IMG/VR virus record: IMGVR_UViG_3300045988_096313
Coordinates: 32,001 to 96,000 of that record
Reading direction: 5' to 3' (one strand)
DNA length: 64,000 nt
Source: a virus
In this document: positions 25,154-32,829 of the stretch, piece by piece
Layout of the letters: the number at the start of each line of letters is the position of its first letter
How positions within the stretch are numbered: position 1 is the stretch's first letter
Position numbers and translations under genes: made by a program
The notes under the pieces: generated by a model
Seen by the model: only the letters and a program-made list of their open reading frames with translations
Databases searched by the model: none
What the model was told of the DNA's origin: nothing

Positions 25154-25672
25154 TTACTTTTTTGTATTAACTTTTTCCAAAGCCACTGACAACATAGACT
25201 TAATATCGGTCAAAGTTCCCTTCATTCCGCTAACCTCGCTTTTGAGGTTATTGATGTCTTCTTCCTGTTGTCTGTCTTTGGCTATCTGTGGATTCAAGAC
25301 GGCACGCATCTTAGCGCACTCTTCCATAACCTTTTTATGGTATGGCTCGCTTTCCACAATCTCCTTGGAATGCCGATACATAGCCTCAACTTCCGCATCC
25401 ATAGCTTCACGACTTTCAGAAACCACAAGGTTCTCTGAGTTTGCGATTTGCATGTTGGATGGGAGCTGTTTGAACTCCATTTGTTCATTAGGCAATTTTA
25501 CGACAACATCAACGGTAGTCTCCATTGGTTGTGGGTTGAATTGCCCAGGAGTATATGTCGGGAACTTAGGTTGTGGGTTGCTGACCGATACAACCTGTCC
25601 GATTTTAAGACTTGGGTTTTCACCCTTGTCAAGCACATAGAATATGCTGTTAGGTCGAAGTCCTTGAAACAT
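25154..25672 (-). CDS. hypothetical protein (172 aa), C-terminal coiled coil
   Basis: Intact ORF in the minus-strand operon. Confidence 0.55.
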   Translation of the reverse strand: MFQGLRPNSIFYVLDKGENPSLKIGQVVSVSNPQPKFPTYTPGQFNPQPMETTVDVVVKLPNEQMEFKQLPSNMQIANSENLVVSESREAMDAEVEAMYRHSKEIVESEPYHKKVMEECAKMRAVLNPQIAKDRQQEEDINNLKSEVSGMKGTLTDIKSMLSVALEKVNTKK

Positions 25673-25691
25673 AGCTTTGTAATGTTAATTG

Positions 25692-26036
25692 TTAAACAAT
25701 ACCCGTCATTAGCTGAAGGGTGTTAGTATCTCGCTCGAACCAAAACTGATAAACTCCAGTTCCTGCAATGTCGGCTACCGTCAAAGGATTGCCGTTGAAC
25801 TTAGTTACAGCTTGGGTTACGCCATTGGTCTCGAAAAGGATTGGCAGCGTATTTGTCGTACCAGTCGGAATAGCTTGATGTAGGTTCACAAAGATAGTTC
25901 CCCTATAGTTAGCATTCACGAAGGCGTGGTTTCTGAACGAGAAAACGACATTTTCGGTGTTCACCACCACGCCTGTAGATGCGATAGCTGCCGAGCCGTT
26001 ACGATTAACCCATGCAAAAGGTCTCATCCATAACAT
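25692..26036 (-). CDS. hypothetical beta-rich protein (114 aa)
   Basis: Intact ORF with no recognisable motif. Confidence 0.5.
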   Translation of the reverse strand: MLWMRPFAWVNRNGSAAIASTGVVVNTENVVFSFRNHAFVNANYRGTIFVNLHQAIPTGTTNTLPILFETNGVTQAVTKFNGNPLTVADIAGTGVYQFWFERDTNTLQLMTGIV

Positions 26037-26054
26037 AGCAGCCTCCTTTCCTAA

Positions 26055-27041
26055 TTAACCCCAAAAGCTTGCATTGTTGACACCATTCAGACCATATAAG
26101 CCTGTTTGCCAAGCAACACAATTTGGAACAGCAGTAAATGGACTATAGCTTGTCGTAACTGTTGATGGAAGCTTGCACTTGATACCATCTACCTCTTTTT
26201 GCAAGCCAGCCAACATAGCGTTGACAGGTGCGATAGCTTGACCTACAATCTGAGAAGTCATGGCAGAAGACTTATAAGTTCCATTCTCTTCACGAAGATG
26301 GTCTATCTTGTCCTGCATATCTCTGAGTTCTGCTTGGCGTTGACCATTAACTACAGTCTGAGTGCTATCCTTGATAGCATTCAAGATGTCGCATGTCTGA
26401 CCCTTGGTTTCGAAAGCAACACTAGAAAAGCCTCGTTCCTGACCTACGGCTACATTGTTGATGGCATTCTGCAAAGTGCCAGTCTGCTGACACATAGCCA
26501 ACTTGACGTTTCCGTCCATAGCCGTAATATTGTTATTTACACGGCAGCAGCAATCAGCGAGTTGTGATGCAATCTGCATATTACCTTGCTGAAGAGCGTT
26601 GATGGTTTGCATTCCGCTCATGCCTACTTGGTTGCCCACGTTCTGGACTTGGGTTGTCAAGGCAGAGATAGCTTGCTGAATCTGTCCTTCAGTACAATTG
26701 AGCTGAGTAGCGAGATTACTGAGTGCATTACGATTGCCACCGATTGCATCCATAAGCAAGGAACGACCATAGTCATTGTTGATTTCGTTAGCAAGACCTG
26801 CGCCATTGCCACGACCACCAAAGCCGAAACCATTACCGCCCCAACCACAGAAGCAAAGGATAAAGAGCAGCCAAATGAACCAAGAACCATCGCCATTGCC
26901 GAATCCGTTATTACCCTTCATCGCAAGAAGAACGTTTGGATCAACGCCTCTCTGTTGGAGCAAAGGAGCTATCAAGCTCATCATTCCTCCATTGTTACCT
27001 GAACCCTCTGGATTAAAAACATAAGTTTTTGATGTCTCCAT
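26055..27041 (-). CDS. membrane-anchored Gly/Asn/Gln-rich protein (328 aa)
   Basis: Hydrophobic segment SWFIWLLFILCFCGWGG flanked by GNG/GFG repeats. Long Q/N-rich region with a CCC cluster and a C-terminal coiled coil. Confidence 0.55.
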   Translation of the reverse strand: METSKTYVFNPEGSGNNGGMMSLIAPLLQQRGVDPNVLLAMKGNNGFGNGDGSWFIWLLFILCFCGWGGNGFGFGGRGNGAGLANEINNDYGRSLLMDAIGGNRNALSNLATQLNCTEGQIQQAISALTTQVQNVGNQVGMSGMQTINALQQGNMQIASQLADCCCRVNNNITAMDGNVKLAMCQQTGTLQNAINNVAVGQERGFSSVAFETKGQTCDILNAIKDSTQTVVNGQRQAELRDMQDKIDHLREENGTYKSSAMTSQIVGQAIAPVNAMLAGLQKEVDGIKCKLPSTVTTSYSPFTAVPNCVAWQTGLYGLNGVNNASFWG

Positions 27042-27085
27042 AAGAATAATCTTTTTGTGTTAAACCTTAATTAAACTAACTCTAT

Positions 27086-27095
27086 GTAACGTTAC
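27086..27095. promoter_or_regulatory. palindrome GTAACGTTAC overlapping the predicted start of the minus-strand operon transcript
   Basis: Perfect 10-bp palindrome, 6-15 nt downstream (minus sense) of the -7 box at 27101..27108. Confidence 0.45.
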
Positions 27096-27100
27096 GGCTG

Positions 27101-27108
27101 CAAAGTTA
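27101..27108 (-). promoter_or_regulatory. -7 promoter box (TAACTTTG, context TAACTTTGCAGCCG)
   Basis: The plus strand reads CAAAGTTA. The same 14-mer context recurs at 62566. Confidence 0.5.
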
Positions 27109-27283
27109 CGAATAATAAGGATAAGATTAAATAACTCTATCAAACTTTCTTTTAATCGCTAATAATCAAGTAGTTAAGGTGATAGGAGGTAATATCATAC
27201 TTTCGAATGCATGAAAAACAAAGGCTTGTTTGCAAATTCCGTTTGCAGAAAACGATAAATGCAAACGGAACTGCAAACGGAAA

Positions 27284-27901
27284 TTAAGCACACACAAATT
27301 TGAAACCAAACTTTTCAGTATAGTATTCCTCTTTAGGGTGTCTTTTTGTCTCGGAGTCATAGCAGAGAATAAACGGCTCACCCTTAGAGTAGAAATAGTT
27401 ATAAGACTTTCGCAAATACATCTTTGCATTCAAAGCCTTTGGGGAGAGCTTTCTTATTCTTAACTTTGTCTCTTGTGGTTTGCCCGACATAACTCTAAGT
27501 TCATCCATTTTGTATTGCATGTGAAGTTTTCTTCCTTTACTTGCATATCTTTCTTTAGTCCAATAGTTTCTTAGAGACTTGTTTCGCTCTTTACGAATCC
27601 TATTTATCGTTTCTACATCGTGTTTCAAGCCAAGCTTACTGATTTGTCCTAATATTGTAGACTGAGGAATATTCGTTACTTCTGAGATTTCTCTCGCTGT
27701 CATCGTTTTGTACATGTCGGAGATTTTGCTGATAGTCTCATTGTTCAATTTATTGTCTATTTTCGTACCACCTAAAATAGTGATATACTTGTATAATGTA
27801 TGTAAGGTTACACCAGCAGCCTTGGCTACTTCCTTTCGTGGGTAGTCATTGATGTGGACTTTGATATAGTCCATCTGTTCTTGTGTTAATCTTCTTGGCA
27901 T
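27284..27901 (-). CDS. HTH DNA-binding regulator, paralog A (205 aa)
   Basis: Two HTH-like segments (PRKEVAKAAGVTLHTLYKYI; TAREISEVTNIPQSTILGQISKLG). Collinear similarity to the adjacent gene. Confidence 0.6.
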   Translation of the reverse strand: MPRRLTQEQMDYIKVHINDYPRKEVAKAAGVTLHTLYKYITILGGTKIDNKLNNETISKISDMYKTMTAREISEVTNIPQSTILGQISKLGLKHDVETINRIRKERNKSLRNYWTKERYASKGRKLHMQYKMDELRVMSGKPQETKLRIRKLSPKALNAKMYLRKSYNYFYSKGEPFILCYDSETKRHPKEEYYTEKFGFKFVCA

Positions 27902-28527
27902 TCTTCGTCCTCCTCAAAAGAAAATCCGTATTTGTTCTTGTAGAATTCTTCATCCATTCTGCGAGTATTCCGGTCATAACCTAAGATGTATGGTTCACCT
28001 TCAAACGCAAAATACCCATACTTATTTATAAGATGGTACTTGGCATGATATGATTTTATCGGCATTTCTGAAAATTTGAATTTCGTCTGCTGCGGAATAC
28101 AAGATATAACTCGGAATTTCTCCATCTGCATAGTTCTTTGCCAGCTTTTCACCCTTTTGCCAATAGTTGCTTTATCATATGCTTTTTTTAAGTTAGCCAA
28201 ACTATTCTTTTTAAGTCTTTCGATAGTTTCTTCTGAATGAGTAAGCTTTAGTCTTTTTGCCGCCTTTCCTACTGTAGATGGATGACACCCTACAATCTCG
28301 GCAATCTCTCTGACCGAATGGTCAGGATAAAGCATTGTGATTTGCTCGTCACGCTTCTTGTTGGGTTGCGGAACAGGTGTTTTATGTTCGATTTTACAAT
28401 TGCAATCATGTAGAATCTTATACAAGAATTTCACGCTGACACCCATTCTTTGTGCCAACTTGTATCTTGGTCGTTCATTTATGTGCGCCTTAATAAAGTT
28501 TATTGTGTCTTGTTCTATAACTTTCAT
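27886..28527 (-). CDS. HTH DNA-binding regulator, paralog B (213 aa)
   Basis: PRYKLAQRMGVSVKFLYKIL and SVREIAEIVGCHPSTVGKAAKRL. Shares the GEP[FY]IL.YD and KYGF.F C-terminal motifs with paralog A. Confidence 0.6.
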   Translation of the reverse strand: MKVIEQDTINFIKAHINERPRYKLAQRMGVSVKFLYKILHDCNCKIEHKTPVPQPNKKRDEQITMLYPDHSVREIAEIVGCHPSTVGKAAKRLKLTHSEETIERLKKNSLANLKKAYDKATIGKRVKSWQRTMQMEKFRVISCIPQQTKFKFSEMPIKSYHAKYHLINKYGYFAFEGEPYILGYDRNTRRMDEEFYKNKYGFSFEEDEECQED

Positions 28528-28534
28528 TTTTATT

Positions 28535-28557
28535 CAGTTTTTGTGGTGTGTCTCACC
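28535..28557 (-). promoter_or_regulatory. conserved hairpin-box copy 3
   Basis: The minus strand reads GGTGAGACACACC-ACAAAAACTG and ends 7 nt before ATG 28527. Confidence 0.6.
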
Positions 28558-28567
28558 TGTTTTTTTG

Positions 28568-28575
28568 CAAAGGTA
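28568..28575 (-). promoter_or_regulatory. -7 promoter box (TACCTTTG on minus strand)
   Basis: The plus strand reads CAAAGGTA. Confidence 0.55.
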
Positions 28576-28708
28576 ATTAGATTTTGTTGAAAAAGCAAAT
28601 ATTTTAATGTGTAATAACTTAGTTTAAGGAAATATTTAATTATTTGCACAAAAATTAATTGTGCGGTTATCCGGTTAGGCTGTTTACACATTATTATATA
28701 TAAATTAC

Positions 28709-28716
28709 TATCTTTG
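28709..28716 (+). promoter_or_regulatory. -7 promoter box TATCTTTG (lysis cassette)
   Basis: Matches TAnnTTTG. Lies 19 nt upstream of ATG 28735. Confidence 0.55.
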
Positions 28717-28734
28717 CAACAAAAACACGAGAAA

Positions 28735-29163
28735 ATGACAGCGGAAACTATTCAATTGATACAGACAGGAATTAATCTTCTTTGCGCATCGGGAGTTATC
28801 TCTACGTTGCTGTACTATAATAGTAGAAAACGAAAGGAGGCGGCACTCGCATCACAGGAAGAGAATAAGACTATTTCATCATATGCCGATGAGTGGAAGG
28901 CTCTCTATGAACGTTCCAACGAGTCGGTCGTTAATCTTAATAGTAAAGTAGATGAATTGTATGAGGAAATCAACCAATACAGAATTACGATACGCAATCT
29001 TAGGGACGAGAAGAACGATTTGAAGCTTGCCTTGCATGAGGCACAATGGAACAGATGCATCAAGGATGGATGCCAACTTAGAACTCCACCAAGAAAGCGA
29101 GAATCCTTAGAATCGTTGGTTGAAAAGGAAGAAGATGCGATATATCGTGATAGGGAGGATTAA
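28735..29163 (+). CDS. N-terminal TM + coiled-coil protein (i-spanin-like or holin accessory)
   Basis: TM segment GINLLCASGVISTLLYY followed by a coiled coil. First gene of the lysis cassette. Start moved past the promoter box. Confidence 0.4.
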   Translation: MTAETIQLIQTGINLLCASGVISTLLYYNSRKRKEAALASQEENKTISSYADEWKALYERSNESVVNLNSKVDELYEEINQYRITIRNLRDEKNDLKLALHEAQWNRCIKDGCQLRTPPRKRESLESLVEKEEDAIYRDRED

Positions 29164-29166
29164 GTT

Positions 29167-29436
29167 ATGATAAAGTATCTGAAATTACTCATACAAGTTA
29201 ATAGCGGACATTCAAGCAAGGCATTCTTCTTAGTGTCCGTGACCTTGATAGGTTTCTTGATGCTCTTAGTTGTATGCTTCATCTTAGTGTGGGAAGTGGT
29301 GACTTATGGGACGATCAAGACCGATTTGATGGGGTTAAGTGCATTTGTTGGTAGTGTAGCTAGTTTGTTCGTCACGGCTGGCATTACCAAGACGATAGGG
29401 GAACGTGGCGAACATCAAAACATAAACGACAAATAG
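29167..29436 (+). CDS. holin-like membrane protein (89 aa)
   Basis: Two hydrophobic segments (AFFLVSVTLIGFLMLLVVCFILVW; LSAFVGSVASLFVTAGI), directly upstream of the endolysin. Confidence 0.45.
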   Translation: MIKYLKLLIQVNSGHSSKAFFLVSVTLIGFLMLLVVCFILVWEVVTYGTIKTDLMGLSAFVGSVASLFVTAGITKTIGERGEHQNINDK

Positions 29437-29439
29437 ACT

Positions 29440-29988
29440 ATGGCAGACTCAAGTATTTTACAACCATTCATCCTCTCATTCGAGGGTGGATATTCTAACA
29501 AAAAGAGTGATAGGGGAGGCGCAACGATGAAAGGCGTGACTCTAGAGACGTTCCGTAAAGTTTATGGTGCTAGAAAGACCGCATCGGACTTGAAGAAGAT
29601 AACCGATGAACAATGGCATCACATATTCAAGAAATATTATTGGGATGCATGTAAGGCAGACCAAATCAACAATCAGTCAGTGGCTAACTTATTGGTTGAC
29701 TTCGCTTACAATAGTGGAGTAAGCAGAGCCGTACAAAAGATTCAGACTATCGTAGGAACGAAAGCTGATGGCATTATGGGTAACATGACCTTGGCTGCTA
29801 TTAATTCATACAAACAAGGACAATGGGCTTTGTTCGATAAGCTGAAGGTGTCACGTATTGCTTTTCTCAATGCGATTGTGAACAATGACCCAAGGCAGGG
29901 CGTGAATTTGCATGGTTGGCTTCGTAGGGTAGGGAACATACAATACGGAAAGCTCGTATGTAATACCGGAAAGATAATCACTTGGTAA
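29440..29988 (+). CDS. endolysin, GH108 N-acetylmuramidase with PG_binding_3-like C-terminus
   Basis: ILSFEGGYSNKKSDRGGATMKGVT matches the GH108 EGGY...D.GG.T motif. ADGIMGNMTLAAIN matches the peptidoglycan-binding motif. Confidence 0.8.
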   Translation: MADSSILQPFILSFEGGYSNKKSDRGGATMKGVTLETFRKVYGARKTASDLKKITDEQWHHIFKKYYWDACKADQINNQSVANLLVDFAYNSGVSRAVQKIQTIVGTKADGIMGNMTLAAINSYKQGQWALFDKLKVSRIAFLNAIVNNDPRQGVNLHGWLRRVGNIQYGKLVCNTGKIITW

Positions 29989-29994
29989 TCTATA

Positions 29995-30024
29995 TAGGGT
30001 GCATCTTATGATACACCCTATTTT
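29995..30024. terminator. bidirectional terminator between convergent genes
   Basis: TAGGGTG/CACCCTA stem followed by TTTT. Confidence 0.65.
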
Positions 30025-30205
30025 ATATACCTTTTAAATTCCTAACAATCCAAGAACCTATTGTTATATTCTCTTCTTTAGCTTTCTGTTTTATAATTTC
30101 TGCTATATCTTTAGGTATTCTAATGTGTAAATATACATGATTTAGTGCTTTTCGTCCAGATCCTTCTCTTGCACCGCCTCGTTTACTTGTTTTATTACTA
30201 TTCAT
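30023..30205 (-). CDS. ribbon-helix-helix-like DNA-binding protein with basic GGAREGSGRK arm
   Basis: The strand-helix-helix pattern VYLHIRIPKDIAEIIKQKAKEENITIGSWIVRNL. Paralogous N-terminal motif to the 60361..60549 product. Confidence 0.5.
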   Translation of the reverse strand: MNSNKTSKRGGAREGSGRKALNHVYLHIRIPKDIAEIIKQKAKEENITIGSWIVRNLKGI

Positions 30206-30225
30206 ATCTAGTTTTTATTCTTGTT

Positions 30226-30720
30226 TTAATAAATCCTTGACATTCCGGTTGGGCAGAATGATGTGCCATACGCCTTATCAATCTCTCCCAAATAGATTTC
30301 AATCTCGTTGTTTGCTTGAAGAAGCTCGCTGACGATGCGGTTTTTGTTCTCCCAATACCAAGTATCATAATCTTTACTATCGTGGTCTTCGGGAATATCG
30401 TCCGAATATTCCATAAGTCCGTCAATATCATCAATCATAGCGACCTCTCCACAATCCGCACTAAACGACACACCATCTAATCCGGACAATCTGATTTCTT
30501 CATTCAGTTCATCAATCTTTGCTAGAATGCCGTTTTCGGAAGATTCTGCGCAATTGTCAATATTGGTATGAAGTTCATGTCGCAAGCCGCATAATCTGGT
30601 AATCATGTCTGCTTGTTCTTTTGTCATACCATTACTGATGGCGATCTCTTCATTGTGAGCATTTCTTTCGGCTGCACTATTTTTGCGATACTCGTATTGT
30701 TCTTTATTAAGATAAGCCAT
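30226..30720 (-). CDS. acidic hypothetical protein (164 aa)
   Basis: Intact ORF, Asp/Glu-rich. Confidence 0.5.
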   Translation of the reverse strand: MAYLNKEQYEYRKNSAAERNAHNEEIAISNGMTKEQADMITRLCGLRHELHTNIDNCAESSENGILAKIDELNEEIRLSGLDGVSFSADCGEVAMIDDIDGLMEYSDDIPEDHDSKDYDTWYWENKNRIVSELLQANNEIEIYLGEIDKAYGTSFCPTGMSRIY

Positions 30721-30749
30721 AAAGTTGCTTTAACCGTGATAGCGAGGGC

Positions 30750-31064
30750 TTAAAATCTTTTTGTTTTCTTTCCGTTTATATATTCTTCTTGCCACATCTC
30801 TTTATAGTCAGACATATCGTCTGAATAGTAACAGATTATGGTTACTTGCGCAAGACCCGCATCTAATGATGTTGATTCTTTGTAACGCATGTTTTCAGAG
30901 CCAATATCTAACGAATACTTCTTAGCCATTTTTACAGCTTCTCTATAATTGTCTGCTCCATCGAACTCTACACTTTCGTAATCGTCTTCCACGCTACCTT
31001 TTACGTGCTGTTTAAGAGCAATTTCGTATTTTGGATATACTGTCTTTCCATAGATATTTTTCAT
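30750..31064 (-). CDS. hypothetical protein (104 aa)
   Basis: Intact ORF in the minus-strand operon. Confidence 0.5.
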   Translation of the reverse strand: MKNIYGKTVYPKYEIALKQHVKGSVEDDYESVEFDGADNYREAVKMAKKYSLDIGSENMRYKESTSLDAGLAQVTIICYYSDDMSDYKEMWQEEYINGKKTKRF

Positions 31065-31067
31065 ATC

Positions 31068-31340
31068 TTATGCCTTATCCGTGTTGGCGAGGGCTGATAG
31101 AAATTGTAATTTTAGTTTCTTAAACATAACCTTTTGGTCAAGGCTATCGGAAAAACAAAGAGAAATAGACTCTTTTAATTGTTCGTCCGTTCGGCAATCT
31201 ATATAATCTGCATAAATAGCTTCAATATAGCTATTATACCTATTAAAATCATATTTTATAGAGCCGTCAGATAGGTGAACAATATTTTTTGTTCTTCTAT
31301 CTATATTCTTGTTCTTTAGAACGTATAAAGTATTACTCAT
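31068..31340 (-). CDS. hypothetical protein (90 aa)
   Basis: Intact ORF in the minus-strand operon. Confidence 0.5.
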   Translation of the reverse strand: MSNTLYVLKNKNIDRRTKNIVHLSDGSIKYDFNRYNSYIEAIYADYIDCRTDEQLKESISLCFSDSLDQKVMFKKLKLQFLSALANTDKA

Positions 31341-31473
31341 CCTTTAATTCTTTTAGTGCATAATCCAAAAGCTTATCAATATCCATTGATAGCGAATAAC
31401 AGTTCTCGTCATCTATTCTTTCTAGCTTTTTTCGAGCACGATTTATTAATTCTATTAAATTTTCTGTATTCAT
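31333..31473 (-). CDS. hypothetical small protein (46 aa)
   Basis: Hand-translated as MNTENLIELINRARKKLERIDDENCYSLSMDIDKLLDYALKELKDE. Its stop overlaps the next start (ATGAGTAA). First ORF after the promoter at 31540. Confidence 0.35.
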   Translation of the reverse strand: MNTENLIELINRARKKLERIDDENCYSLSMDIDKLLDYALKELKDE

Positions 31474-31539
31474 ATACATTCGCTTATCCGTGGTGCGTAG
31501 GGCTTAATTGGTTATTAACCTTGTTTCTTAATTACATTG

Positions 31540-31547
31540 CAAAGATA
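31540..31547 (-). promoter_or_regulatory. -7 promoter box (TATCTTTG on minus strand)
   Basis: The plus strand reads CAAAGATA. Confidence 0.55.
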
Positions 31548-31722
31548 CAAAGAATAATTGAAAGATGCAACTAAAAACCAAAGATTTTCCTTGCAATTAA
31601 TAATATTTTACTGAAAAGAGTAGTCTCGTAAGGTTCATTAACAGAAAAGACTTATTTTTCACTTTTTCTTGTTTTGCAAAAACGAAGTCTATAATTTGTA
31701 TGGATATAGTAATATAAATGTT

Positions 31723-31730
31723 TATCTTTG
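31723..31730 (+). promoter_or_regulatory. -7 promoter box TATCTTTG
   Basis: Matches TAnnTTTG. Lies 21 nt upstream of ATG 31751. Confidence 0.55.
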
Positions 31731-31750
31731 CACTCAAAAAGGAGGTAGAT

Positions 31751-32344
31751 ATGGAACTCAGATTCGATTGGTGGCGTTGGCTCGTTACCATATTGGTAGG
31801 TTTCTTCATCATGCTGATGATGTACGGATGCCGGACAACAAGATATGTAGAAGTGGAAAAGGTGGTGCGAGACACTACTACTTATGCTCATTGGGACTCA
31901 ATCGTCAATGAAAGGGTTAAGCTCATTCGGGATAGCTTACTATCTTATCATTGGGAGCAGACCGAAAAGCATGTTAAGGACTCCACTTACATCAAGGATG
32001 ATGTCAAGACAAGGGTAGATGAGAGTGGTAAGGTGCTAGGTAAGGATTCTACTCATATAGAGATTAGATACAGGGACAGCAAGGAACTATCCAAGTTTCG
32101 TGATAGCCTTATTCATTATAAGGAGATAGCAGAGCGAGCGAGTATATATAAGGCTCAGAGGGATAGCCTAAACAGAGAATTGAGTATCGCCCAGACCAAA
32201 AAGGAATATATTGAGAAAGACTTGGAGGGATGGGATTTGTTCTATTGGAAATTCGGTATGATTTCCTTTTGGGTCGTTTCCTTGATGCTGGTTACAATGA
32301 TTTTCTTTCTCACGGTAAAATATAAGAAAAAGTTATTTTATTAG
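31751..32344 (+). CDS. unimolecular-spanin-like protein (N-terminal signal/lipobox-like, C-terminal TM)
   Basis: N-terminus WWRWLVTILVGFFIMLMMYGC (non-canonical lipobox), a charged helical middle and a C-terminal TM MISFWVVSLMLVTMIFFLTV. Start moved past the promoter. Confidence 0.4.
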   Translation: MELRFDWWRWLVTILVGFFIMLMMYGCRTTRYVEVEKVVRDTTTYAHWDSIVNERVKLIRDSLLSYHWEQTEKHVKDSTYIKDDVKTRVDESGKVLGKDSTHIEIRYRDSKELSKFRDSLIHYKEIAERASIYKAQRDSLNRELSIAQTKKEYIEKDLEGWDLFYWKFGMISFWVVSLMLVTMIFFLTVKYKKKLFY

Positions 32345-32395
32345 GTTGGTTTTTAGTTATTAAGGTTTTAGATTGGTTTAAGGTAACAACTTATG

Positions 32396-32431
32396 GAGCA
32401 GCTGCCAGTGATGGTGGTTGCTCTTTTTTTT
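32396..32431 (+). terminator. intrinsic terminator
   Basis: GAGCAGC/GTTGCTC stem (one G-T wobble) followed by TTTTTTTT. Confidence 0.75.
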
Positions 32432-32587
32432 ATCTTGAAAATGCATTAGGGTGCTAGATGTTAAAAATGCAAGTGGTTTAATGTGTTTATAGTTTTATAT
32501 ATGTAACTAAAATCGAATTGTGTGTTAAAAATTCGCAGAAAATAAAATAAAACACACTAAACCACTTGCGGATTGAAAATAAATTAG

Positions 32588-32595
32588 TATCTTTG
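32588..32595 (+). promoter_or_regulatory. -7 promoter box TATCTTTG
   Basis: Matches TAnnTTTG. It would drive the roughly 230-nt leader of the 32830 gene. Confidence 0.55.
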
Positions 32596-32601
32596 CAGCG
32601 T

Positions 32602-32736
32602 GCTTTGTTGGTGCTGACCCGCTTACAAGAATCAATAAGATTTTCCGTGGCGAAAGCCATATCACGATAATCCTTACCTAGATTTCGGGGTCAGACGAAT
32701 GAAGGGTAAGGATTTCTTTTTAGAATCCTTATTTTT
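32602..32736 (+). ncRNA. structured 5' leader with mutually exclusive antiterminator and terminator helices (riboswitch/attenuator-like)
   Basis: Helix A pairs 32614-32620 with 32688-32694. A GAAA-loop hairpin TGGC/GCCA lies near 32648-32659. The antiterminator pairs AATCCTTACC (32669-78) with GGTAAGGATT (32705-14). The terminator pairs TAAGGATT (32707-14) with AATCCTTA (32724-31), followed by TTTTT. Confidence 0.55.
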
Positions 32737-32829
32737 GAGTCGAAACATTCTTAGATAGCTCTAAGTAAGTAATGGGCTATAATTGTTGGAGTAAGCGAAA
32801 CACAAATAAGTTAAACAAATAAGGAATTT

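Noticed and set aside
25029-27024. Plus-strand ORFs of 80-203 aa opposite the minus-strand operon (25029..25640, 26199..26567, 26586..27002 and 26776..27024).
   Set aside because: - They are antisense to well-formed, tightly coupled minus-strand genes.
- They are Ser/Leu/Cys/Pro-rich.
- They have no upstream TAnnTTTG box.
31597-31911. Three overlapping ORFs of 79-92 aa on both strands in the 31.55-31.75 kb divergent promoter region.
   Set aside because: They cover the AT-rich intergenic promoter region, or the sequence upstream of the -7 box at 31723. The real gene starts at ATG 31751.
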